Assembly: GCA_049472335.1 (NCBI GenBank)
Contig: JBLIRO010000076.1
Location: 1 to 22,042 of the forward strand
DNA length: 22,042 bases
From: a bacterium
GTDB taxonomy: Bacteria; SZUA-182; DTGQ01; JAFGSM01
Direction of reading: 5' to 3'
Below the pieces are notes generated by a model, which did no database searches, had not been told where the DNA came from, and saw nothing but the letters and a program-made list of their open reading frames with translations. The position numbers were made by a program, and so were the translations under genes. Every line of letters starts with the position of its first letter. The stretch's first letter is position 1. Positions 11,207 to 19,244 of this stretch are shown here, one piece after another.

Positions 11207-12928
11207 TCAAGCGCTTTGAAATTGGAGAGTATAAAGCCTGTGATAGGAGCCTTTCTTTTCTAAAAGCTCCTGATGGCTTCCCATTTCTGTTATCCCTCCC
11301 CTGTCGAGCACAATAATCCTGTCCGCATGCTGAACAGTTGAAAGACGATGAGCTATAACAAAGGTGGTACGGTTTTTCATGAGGTTTTCCAATGCCTTTT
11401 GTACCACCCTTTCCGATTCCGTATCCAGGGCCGAAGTTGCCTCATCCAGGATCAGGATAGGAGGGTTCTTGAGGATGGCCCTGGCAATGGCGAGCCTCTG
11501 TCTTTGCCCGCCTGAGAGCATTATCCCTTTTTCTCCAATCACTGTATGATATTTTTGGGGAAGACGGTTGATAAAACGGTGGGCATATGCAGCATTTGCA
11601 GCGGCCTCGATCTTTGGAAGGGATGCGTCCAGATCCCCATAGGCAATGTTGTTGCGTACTGTATCGTTGAAAAGGATGGTCTCCTGGGTTACAAGGCCGA
11701 TCTGCCTTCTTAAGGATTGGAGGTCCACATCCCTGATATCCTGACCATCTATGAGGATCGCTCCGGCTGTAACATCATAAAATCTGGGGATGAGGTTCAC
11801 CAGCGTAGTTTTCCCAACCCCGCTCTCACCCACAATGGCTATTACTTCACCCTTTTTAACCTCGAAATCTATCTCGTTGAGGACCCTTTTTTCTCCATAA
11901 TCAAAACCTACGGACCTATACTCTATAACTTCCTCGAGAGGCTTAATCTTAGGTGCGCCCGGTTTGGATACAATATCCGGCTCAGTATCCATGATCTCGA
12001 AGACCCTTTCCGCTCCGGCAATACCTTGCTGAATCTGGTTATTTACCCTTGTGAGTTTTTTTATGGGTGTATACATCATAAGCAAGGCTGTAACAAAGGC
12101 AAAAAAGGTCCCTGGCGTAGTCTGGCCCTTAAATACCTGGAGACCTCCGTACCAGAGGACAAAGGCAAGGGCGGCCGCACCCAGAAACTCCATGAGGGGT
12201 GTAGAGAGAGCCATTACCCTGACCGCTCTCATCAGATCGTTAAAGTATGCCTTATTTGCCCTCGCAAACCTGTCGATTTCCCTGTCCTCCATCAGAAAGG
12301 CCTTGACAATGGCAGCGCCGGTAATGGTTTCATGAAGAAGGACGGTCAGGTCCGAAATCTTTTCCTGGGCACTCCAGGTAATTTTCCTGAGCTTTTTGCC
12401 GAGCCTGTCTATGAGTACACCTACAAAAGGCAGGACGAGCATGGCAATTAACGCCCAGCACCAGTTTAGATAAAAGAGCGCAAATATGTATCCGATAATG
12501 TTGAGAGGTTCCCGAATGAGGCTTGCAACCGCCTCTGATACGGTATTTTGTATGAGCACCACATCCTGGTTTATTCGAGCTATCAGCATTCCTGTGGACC
12601 TCTCGGTAAAAAAACGCTGAGAAAGACGGTGAATGTGGGCAAACAGGTCGTTTCTCAAGCTCATTATTATACGCTGGCCTATATAGTTCATGAGGTATAC
12701 TTCCGCGTAGTCGAATACCCCTTTCAGAAAATAAAGTAGAAGTATGGCAACAGGTATGATCTGAAGCATGACCCATCTTTTCTGGACAAATATATCGTCC
12801 ATGAGGGGCTTTACCATGAGAGCGATCCCTGAATTAAGACCCGCAGTAAAGACCATGCAGAGTATGGCCCATATAAGCCTGCTAATATAGGGCCTGACCA
12901 TTTTTAAAAGACGTTTAAAGGTATCCAC
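11207..12928 (-). CDS. msbA: Lipid A export ABC transporter, permease/ATP-binding protein
   Basis: 573 aa, GTG start. N-terminal multi-TM domain plus NBD with Walker A GESGVGKT, signature LSGGQRQR, Walker B ILILDEATSALD and IAHRLST. Adjacent to the LPS heptose gene hldE. Confidence 0.88.
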   Translation of the reverse strand: MDTFKRLLKMVRPYISRLIWAILCMVFTAGLNSGIALMVKPLMDDIFVQKRWVMLQIIPVAILLLYFLKGVFDYAEVYLMNYIGQRIIMSLRNDLFAHIHRLSQRFFTERSTGMLIARINQDVVLIQNTVSEAVASLIREPLNIIGYIFALFYLNWCWALIAMLVLPFVGVLIDRLGKKLRKITWSAQEKISDLTVLLHETITGAAIVKAFLMEDREIDRFARANKAYFNDLMRAVRVMALSTPLMEFLGAAALAFVLWYGGLQVFKGQTTPGTFFAFVTALLMMYTPIKKLTRVNNQIQQGIAGAERVFEIMDTEPDIVSKPGAPKIKPLEEVIEYRSVGFDYGEKRVLNEIDFEVKKGEVIAIVGESGVGKTTLVNLIPRFYDVTAGAILIDGQDIRDVDLQSLRRQIGLVTQETILFNDTVRNNIAYGDLDASLPKIEAAANAAYAHRFINRLPQKYHTVIGEKGIMLSGGQRQRLAIARAILKNPPILILDEATSALDTESERVVQKALENLMKNRTTFVIAHRLSTVQHADRIIVLDRGGITEMGSHQELLEKKGSYHRLYTLQFQSA

Positions 12929-12965
12929 AATTCAAACCTCTAAGACTGAAATCACGGAGTTAAAA

Positions 12966-14447
12966 TCAGAGGGAAGGCTGATCCCTGTGTCTATCTATAA
13001 TACTTTTGATAAGACATGATGTGGATTGATTTTGTACAAGTTTTACGAGGCGCACCTGTCCCCCATATGCCTCCACAATATCGCCACCCACAACCTCCTC
13101 CTTTGTGTAGTCGGCACCCTTAACCAGTATGTCTGGTTTCAAAAGCTCGATCAGATTCAGAGGGGTATCCTCATCAAAAAGGGTAACATAATTCACACAG
13201 TCAAGGGACGCGAGGATATGCGCCCTTTCATTTTCCTCCAGGCATGGACGGGAAGGACCTTTGAGCCGCTTAACCGATGCATCCGTATTTAGTCCGACCA
13301 CGAGTACTTCACCAATGGATTTTGCTTCATGAAGGAGCTTTATGTGCCCAAGGTGAAGGAGATCGAAACAACCGTTCGTGAATACGATTCGCTCCCCTCT
13401 TTGCCTGTGGGCGGAGATTACCCTGGCAAGCTCCGGGTGATGATTTATAATCTTGCCTTTCACTGTATATCCACCGTTCAGATGAGCCAGGATTTCCTCC
13501 TGGGTGACAGTAGCTGTACCAACTTTTCCCACCACAATACCAGCGGTGATGTTTGCCATCTCTGCCGAATGGGGAAGATCCACGCCTGAGGCCATACAGA
13601 GGGTCAGGGTTGCCGCTACTGTGTCCCCTGCACCGGAGACATCGTACACCTCTCTGGCCTTGGTTTGGATAAGCCGCGGCTCCTCTCCTGGGGTAAAAAC
13701 GCACATGCCTTCAGGCCCAAGTGTTATTATAAGGCCCTGAAGATCAAGCTGTTCGAGCATCTTTTGTCCCAAGGATTCTATTTTTATATCATTTGCCGTG
13801 TCCAGCCCCATACCCTGGAATGCTTCTTTTTTATTGGGTGTGATGAGCCCTGCTCCCTTGTATCTCTTATAATCACCACCTTTAGGATCAACCACTACCC
13901 TTATTCCCTTTTCTCTCCCGAGAGATATGACCTTTTTAATAAATGACCCGGTTAAAAGCCCCTTTCCGTAATCAGACAGGATGATCCCCTGCCATTTGTC
14001 CAGGTTTTTCTTGACATATTCCACAAGGGCGTATTCCTGTTTTTCTGATATGGGCTTCCTGGTCTCTCTGTCTATACGCACAACCTGCTGGTTTACCGCA
14101 ATAACCCTTGTTTTTTTTGTCGTAGGGCGCGCAGGGTCTTTGATAATACCTTCATGGCCCACATCCAAAGAATCCAGTTGCTCCAAAAGCCAATGGGCTT
14201 CGGGTCCGCTTCCGATTATACCTGCCACATCCACTCTGCTTCCAAGGCTGACAAGATTTGCAACCACATTTCCCGCTCCTCCCAGAGTTCTGGCCTCCCG
14301 CTGAACGTTCACGACCTGCACGGGAGCCTCAGGAGATATACGGTCCACACTTCCCCATAAATACTCATCTATCATAAGGTCTCCTAAAACCAAAATACGA
14401 GTATTCGAGAACCTTAACAGTATATCCTTTAAAAGATCAATATCCAT
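12966..14447 (-). CDS. hldE: Bifunctional D-glycero-beta-D-manno-heptose-7-phosphate kinase / heptose-1-phosphate adenylyltransferase
   Basis: 493 aa. PfkB-type domain (RISPEAPV, GGAGNV, SDYGKG, DVSGAGDT) fused to a cytidylyltransferase-like domain (FTNGCFDLLHLGH, GLNTDASVKRLKG, KPDILVKG). Confidence 0.96.
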   Translation of the reverse strand: MDIDLLKDILLRFSNTRILVLGDLMIDEYLWGSVDRISPEAPVQVVNVQREARTLGGAGNVVANLVSLGSRVDVAGIIGSGPEAHWLLEQLDSLDVGHEGIIKDPARPTTKKTRVIAVNQQVVRIDRETRKPISEKQEYALVEYVKKNLDKWQGIILSDYGKGLLTGSFIKKVISLGREKGIRVVVDPKGGDYKRYKGAGLITPNKKEAFQGMGLDTANDIKIESLGQKMLEQLDLQGLIITLGPEGMCVFTPGEEPRLIQTKAREVYDVSGAGDTVAATLTLCMASGVDLPHSAEMANITAGIVVGKVGTATVTQEEILAHLNGGYTVKGKIINHHPELARVISAHRQRGERIVFTNGCFDLLHLGHIKLLHEAKSIGEVLVVGLNTDASVKRLKGPSRPCLEENERAHILASLDCVNYVTLFDEDTPLNLIELLKPDILVKGADYTKEEVVGGDIVEAYGGQVRLVKLVQNQSTSCLIKSIIDRHRDQPSL

Positions 14448-14537
14448 TTCTATCCTTTCAATTGTAACATTTTAGTTGAACTAAAGCTGCCTTAAAGACC
14501 TGAGACCATGGTGAAACAGTTATGCTACCCAAAGGCA

Positions 14538-15614
14538 TCATTCATCCCTTATCTCAGCAATAGGATAGGAACCGAGTATCTTGAGGAAGATACATTGCCC
14601 CTTTAAACTATCCAGCGCAAGTCTTACCTTTTCGTCATCCTTATGCCCCACAAAATCCACAAAAAAGATATATTCCCAGGGCTGTTTCTTTGTTGGCCGG
14701 GATTCGATCTTCGTGAGGTTGATATCTTTCTCGGCAAACGGCTTGAGCATATGATAAAGCGCTCCTGCCCGGTCTTTGATGGAGAATATGACTGAAGTCT
14801 TGTCTTTATCGGTCTTCGGACTAAAGGTCTTGCCAATGACCAAAAACCGGGTATAGTTATGGAGCATATCCTCGATCCTGGACTGCACGATATTAAGGTC
14901 ATATATATTTGCAGCAAGCTCACTGGCAATGGCGCCTGCCTTCGCATCCTGACAGGCCATTTCAGCGGCCCTGGCCGTACTGGAAACCTCTATTATCTGG
15001 CACGAAGGAAGATTGTCTCTCAGCCAGGCGCGTGACTGCGCAACTGCCTGGGGATGGGAATAGACCTTTTCAATATCGGAAAGACTTGTGCTTCGTGAAA
15101 GAAGATTATGATGGATCTCCATCATCACCTCCGCGCAGATTTTGAGGTCTGAGTTTACAAACATATCAAGGGTATGGCTCACGACACCTTCGGAGGAATT
15201 CTCGACAGGAACCACACCATAGTTGGCCCCTCCCCTTTCCACCTCACCAAAGACTCCCTCTATGCTTTTCGACGGGATAAGGCTTGAAGAAGATCCGAAC
15301 CTTTTCAACACAGCCATGTGGGTGTAAGTGGCCTCAGGGCCTAAATAGGCAATCCTAATAGGCGTCTCCAAGGACAGGCACGCAGAGATGATCTCCCGAA
15401 ACACCGGTCTGATTGCCATAGATGGGAAGCTCCCCGGATTGGACCTCTGGAGTCTCCTCAGTATTTCTTCCTCCCTTGTAGGGTCATAATATGCCTTATG
15501 TGTCCTCTGTTTTATCTTTGCCACTTCTTTCACAACTTCCGCACGATCATTCAGCAGTTGGAGGACTTTTTGATCTATCTGATCAATCTGTTTCCTCAAT
15601 TCTTCTAAATCCAT
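14538..15614 (-). CDS. pheA: P-protein: chorismate mutase / prephenate dehydratase with ACT domain
   Basis: 358 aa. AroQ-type CM domain (LEELRKQIDQID...REEEIL), PDT domain (AYLGPEATYT, VPVENSSEG, YSHPQA, NYTRFLVI) and ACT domain (NLTKIESRP, WEYIFFVD). Confidence 0.96.
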   Translation of the reverse strand: MDLEELRKQIDQIDQKVLQLLNDRAEVVKEVAKIKQRTHKAYYDPTREEEILRRLQRSNPGSFPSMAIRPVFREIISACLSLETPIRIAYLGPEATYTHMAVLKRFGSSSSLIPSKSIEGVFGEVERGGANYGVVPVENSSEGVVSHTLDMFVNSDLKICAEVMMEIHHNLLSRSTSLSDIEKVYSHPQAVAQSRAWLRDNLPSCQIIEVSSTARAAEMACQDAKAGAIASELAANIYDLNIVQSRIEDMLHNYTRFLVIGKTFSPKTDKDKTSVIFSIKDRAGALYHMLKPFAEKDINLTKIESRPTKKQPWEYIFFVDFVGHKDDEKVRLALDSLKGQCIFLKILGSYPIAEIRDE

Positions 15615-15686
15615 GGTTCCTTCTTTCTATATGCCAATAATAGATCATATAAACATGAAATATTTATCTGATTCCCGCTTTGATCA

Positions 15687-15715
15687 AATTTACCTGAAAA
15701 GCCACATTCTGTCAA
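15687..15715 (-). promoter_or_regulatory. Probable sigma70 promoter for pheA-hldE-msbA
   Basis: Minus strand TTGACA (15710-15715)-17 nt-TAAATT (15687-15692), about 70 nt upstream of the pheA ATG. Confidence 0.65.
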
Positions 15716-15732
15716 GGACTTACAAACTAAAG

Positions 15733-16980
15733 TTAAATCATTAAGACCTTTTTCCAACTGTAATTATATATATTATTAACAATTGGAAAGTTGTCTTCAG
15801 AGTAGGATATTATTCCTGCTGTTTCCACTTTATGACCTAGTGAATTGATTATCTGTTGTATATGTGAAGCATGTTTAGGAATAATCGTCATTGTACTTTT
15901 TATCTCAAAAAGATGAAGTTTGCCTTCAATGTCAATAACCAGGTCTATCTCTAATCCGTCACGTGTCCGCAGATAGTACATAGAAGGTTTCATCCCGTGG
16001 TGATAAAATCTTTTTAAAAAATCACATATCACAAGCGTTTCAAACAAGTTTCCAAAACTTGGCCCGCTAATCAAGGGCTCGATATCATGAAAACCTAGTA
16101 AATATGAACATAGCCCCGGATCATTAAAGTATATCTTCGGGCTTTTCACAATCCGCTTACCTATGTTTTTATAATAAGGATAAAGAAGATATATCTGGTA
16201 TCCTGTTTCTAAAAGAGACAGCCATCTTTTTGCTGTAGTTACACTAATCCCGATGTCGCGGGCTATTTCTGAGATATTTAAAATCTGACCCGTCCTTACA
16301 GCACAAGAGAGTAAAAATCTTTCGAACTGGTTAAGATCTCCAACATTAGTGAGATTTCTTATATCTCGCTCTATATAGGTCGTAATATATGAACCGCACC
16401 ATATCTGTCTGTCAACATTCTTATTAGAGGCAATCTCAGGATATAAGCCTCGTAAAAATATACTGTTCAATATTGATTTTTTAGGCCTCTCTATAATACC
16501 CTTATCATCTTTAATATTATTAAGGGTTTCAATCCATTTATTGGGAGGTTTGGCGCTCTCCGCCCTATCAATGAGCTCTGAGAAAGAAAAGGGTAAAAGA
16601 TTTAAGATCGCTGCTCTTCCAGCCAAAGATTGAGTAATATTTTGCATGAGAAGAAAATTCTGGGAGCCGGTAAGAAGCCATTGACCTGGCTTTCTATTTT
16701 TATCAATCCTTGTTTTAATATAGGAAAGTAATTCAGGCGCATACTGGATTTCATCAATAACCACTGGCAACTTATATTGATTTAAAAAACCAATCGGATC
16801 TTCTTTGGCCCTTATGCGAACATCTGGATCTTCTAAATTAACAAAGGTATGTGTCCCGGCAAAAAGCATCTTTAAAAGTGTCGTTTTACCGGATTGGCGT
16901 GGACCGGTCAATACAATTGCTGGAAAGGTTTTAACAGTCCTCAATATTGTTTTTGCCATGACTCTTTGTTTAAATTTCAT
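15733..16980 (-). CDS. AAA+ superfamily ATPase (AAA_14 + DUF4143, COG1373-type) with a C-terminal PD-(D/E)XK-like motif
   Basis: 415 aa. Walker A LTGPRQSGKTT, Walker B VIDEIQ, LTGSQ, SLAGR, YITTYIERD, KSPKIYFND and C-terminal EIDLV...LFEIK. Confidence 0.92.
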   Translation of the reverse strand: MKFKQRVMAKTILRTVKTFPAIVLTGPRQSGKTTLLKMLFAGTHTFVNLEDPDVRIRAKEDPIGFLNQYKLPVVIDEIQYAPELLSYIKTRIDKNRKPGQWLLTGSQNFLLMQNITQSLAGRAAILNLLPFSFSELIDRAESAKPPNKWIETLNNIKDDKGIIERPKKSILNSIFLRGLYPEIASNKNVDRQIWCGSYITTYIERDIRNLTNVGDLNQFERFLLSCAVRTGQILNISEIARDIGISVTTAKRWLSLLETGYQIYLLYPYYKNIGKRIVKSPKIYFNDPGLCSYLLGFHDIEPLISGPSFGNLFETLVICDFLKRFYHHGMKPSMYYLRTRDGLEIDLVIDIEGKLHLFEIKSTMTIIPKHASHIQQIINSLGHKVETAGIISYSEDNFPIVNNIYNYSWKKVLMI

Positions 16981-17185
16981 GATTAAATTTTATACCTTAA
17001 TATTTAATATTACAAGTTAAAAATTAAGGTTTTTTGTTTATTTTTCTCTTTGTAATTGTTAAATCATTTCTTTTCAAAATAATCTTCTTTTAGTAGCGAA
17101 CCTTAAAAACCTCCGATAAATAAATGATCTAAGAACAATTTAATTCCATAAAGATATTTAAAAATGCTTTTATTGACTATTTATA

Positions 17186-18049
17186 TTGCAATTCAATATG
17201 TTGCTAAAAAAGTCACAATTTATAATAAAAATTGGATGCATAGTATCGAGCATTTTATTAATCCTATTCCTTTGGAATGATATCTCAAATAATGATACAG
17301 TCAAATTTGGATACAATCACCTTGCAGACCCCTCTTCATATGTTCTGGAAAAATTAAAAATTTCCGATGTCGTTTTATTAGGAACAAAGCACAAGCAAAA
17401 AAGAATATTGGATTTCATTTCCGGGATTTTGCCAAGGCTTCATGAAGCGGGCGTTTCTCATCTCGGATTGGAAATCGCATCAGATCAGCAGCCCTATATC
17501 GACCATTACATGGAATGCGGGACTGGCATAAATAATATAAAACTTCATCATACCATTGATTGTCCCGAATATCGGAATCTTTTAAAAGTAATAAAGAAAT
17601 CAGGGTGGAAAGATGTTCTTAAGCCGATAGCTCTGGATCTACCGCCATCATTGTATGAATCTCACTGGAACCGGGACGAATATATGGCAATGTCGATCTG
17701 TAATGTATTAGATAAAAATCCCGATTCAAAGCTCCTGGTCGTTGTTGGAAATCTTCATGTCTTAAAAAACATCGCCTGGGATGAAAATGTCCCAAATAAG
17801 TATGGTGTTATACGAAGCTATCTTTCCGAATATGACCCTGACTTAAAGGTTTTTTCCATCTGCCAGTGTATTAAAGAAGCTCCGAACCAAAATTATCTTA
17901 GTGATGATTTCACAATTAACGTTACAAAAGCTGCCTTTGATTGTACCGAAACATTCTCAAATTATAAGATGGATATTTTAGAAACCGCAGCAGCAAGACA
18001 AATGGAGCCATATGAGATCGCAGATGGAGTTGTCATGTATTGGAATTAA
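17186..18049 (+). CDS. Membrane-anchored or exported EreA/ChaN-superfamily-like protein
   Basis: 287 aa from TTG 17186, or from the in-frame ATG at 17198. N-terminal hydrophobic helix, then VVLLGTKH, HLGLEI, RDEYMA and LVVVGNLHV in the order seen in EreA/ChaN/TIKI-fold proteins. Confidence 0.6.
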   Translation: MQFNMLLKKSQFIIKIGCIVSSILLILFLWNDISNNDTVKFGYNHLADPSSYVLEKLKISDVVLLGTKHKQKRILDFISGILPRLHEAGVSHLGLEIASDQQPYIDHYMECGTGINNIKLHHTIDCPEYRNLLKVIKKSGWKDVLKPIALDLPPSLYESHWNRDEYMAMSICNVLDKNPDSKLLVVVGNLHVLKNIAWDENVPNKYGVIRSYLSEYDPDLKVFSICQCIKEAPNQNYLSDDFTINVTKAAFDCTETFSNYKMDILETAAARQMEPYEIADGVVMYWN

Positions 18050-18143
18050 TTAGGGACATAGACTTTTTATTGATAATACTTGCATTGGGATCTTTTTGAA
18101 TTTATTTCTTAAAGCGGAATTTGCCAGAATTTATATTTATGTG

Positions 18144-18173
18144 TTGTAAAAGACTGCTTATATGGATTATACT
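18144..18173 (+). promoter_or_regulatory. Possible sigma70 promoter for the toxin-antitoxin pair
   Basis: TTGTAA-18 nt-TATACT upstream of the GAGGTG SD of 18260; AT-rich context lowers confidence. Confidence 0.4.
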
Positions 18174-18259
18174 GAGATAAATGATAATTCATTCCTAGGA
18201 TAATCATATAAAAAGTTTAGCAGAGTTTACCCTCGTTAAATAGTAAGAGGTGAAAGAAG

Positions 18260-18562
18260 ATGAAAAAATCAATTATAAACGATAAACTTAACACTTTAGT
18301 ACAGGAATTTGACTTTAAAGATATTACAGAATTAGTAAAAGACTATTTGGTTACAGAAATTCTTTATAAGATTTCGAATTTTACAGAAGAAATAGAGCAT
18401 TTTGAAGAGAAGTATGGTAAAAGCCTGATAGAATTCAAAAAAGAATATGAAAAGGGGAAAGAAGACTTTGAAAAATATGACAATCTTATGGCTTGGGAAT
18501 TTGCTCAACAAGGGAAAGAATATTGGGAGAAAAAACTGGAAGAAGTAAAAAATGTTCTATAA
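18260..18562 (+). CDS. Putative antitoxin (TumA-like position) upstream of a DUF6516 gene
   Basis: 100 aa acidic helical protein with FEEKYG.....F...Y.......E...D/N.MAWEF. SD GAGGTG upstream; overlaps the downstream gene by 11 nt. Confidence 0.7.
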   Translation: MKKSIINDKLNTLVQEFDFKDITELVKDYLVTEILYKISNFTEEIEHFEEKYGKSLIEFKKEYEKGKEDFEKYDNLMAWEFAQQGKEYWEKKLEEVKNVL

Positions 18563-18893
18563 GGTTATCGAAGAATATTCGGATATTATTAATAACTTTA
18601 GTGTCTCTGAGTTCAGGAAATATGGCTCTGCTGTATCACTAGTTGCCAAAATTGAGTTTATAAATAGTTCCATTTTATACATTAGAGACTATTTGTTTTT
18701 AGATGGCAGAAGAAAGTATTCTTATCATTGGCAAAATAATGATGGTTCTCTGATATCACGATGGGACAATTCCCCTCATCACAGAGAAATTTCTACATTT
18801 CCGCACCATAAGCATCTTTCTGAAAAGATAATCCTTTCAAAAGAATTGGATATAAGGGATATATTTAAAACAATTAAAAAAGAAATAAAATAA
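18552..18893 (+). CDS. DUF6516 / TumE-family putative toxin
   Basis: 113 aa with YSYHWQ...G.LI.RWDNSPHH....TFPHHKH, the motif I associate with DUF6516 (TumE). Overlapping two-gene arrangement typical of type II TA systems. Confidence 0.8.
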   Translation: MFYKVIEEYSDIINNFSVSEFRKYGSAVSLVAKIEFINSSILYIRDYLFLDGRRKYSYHWQNNDGSLISRWDNSPHHREISTFPHHKHLSEKIILSKELDIRDIFKTIKKEIK

Positions 18894-18933
18894 AAATGCA
18901 TGACATCATCTACCCTTTTTTACTTTTTAAATA

Positions 18934-18962
18934 TTGACAAAATCATAGCAAATTGCTATATT
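18934..18962 (+). promoter_or_regulatory. Strong sigma70-like promoter with an overlapping palindrome
   Basis: TTGACA (18934-18939)-17 nt-TATATT (18957-18962) with an extended -10 TG. A perfect 7-1-7 palindrome ATAGCAA-A-TTGCTAT lies at 18945-18959. Confidence 0.65.
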
Positions 18963-19244
18963 TTTTTATTATAAATTTATAAACAATTTCCATAAATCAA
19001 TTTTTATTTTATGCAGTATACGGCTTTTTCATCCCTAACGAATTTAATTTTATTACTACCTGATTACAAAGGAGCAACAAACTCAGGATTACTATCGGTT
19101 ATTTTCACCGAGCCCTTTTCAGCGACCCAATAAATATTATCACCGGGCCAATGCTTATTCTTAAAAAATTTTACAGCGGATTGCATGCGCTGGATTTTAG
19201 GGATATCTTCAGGATATATTAATCCCGGATGTCAATGACCCCAA

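Noticed and set aside
11364..15145. Overlapping ORFs within msbA, hldE and pheA, including the 244-aa ORF at 11717..12451
   Set aside because: Antisense or out-of-frame shadows of highly conserved housekeeping genes.
16985..17185. AT-only palindromes in the divergent intergenic region
   Set aside because: Expected by chance at this very high AT content.
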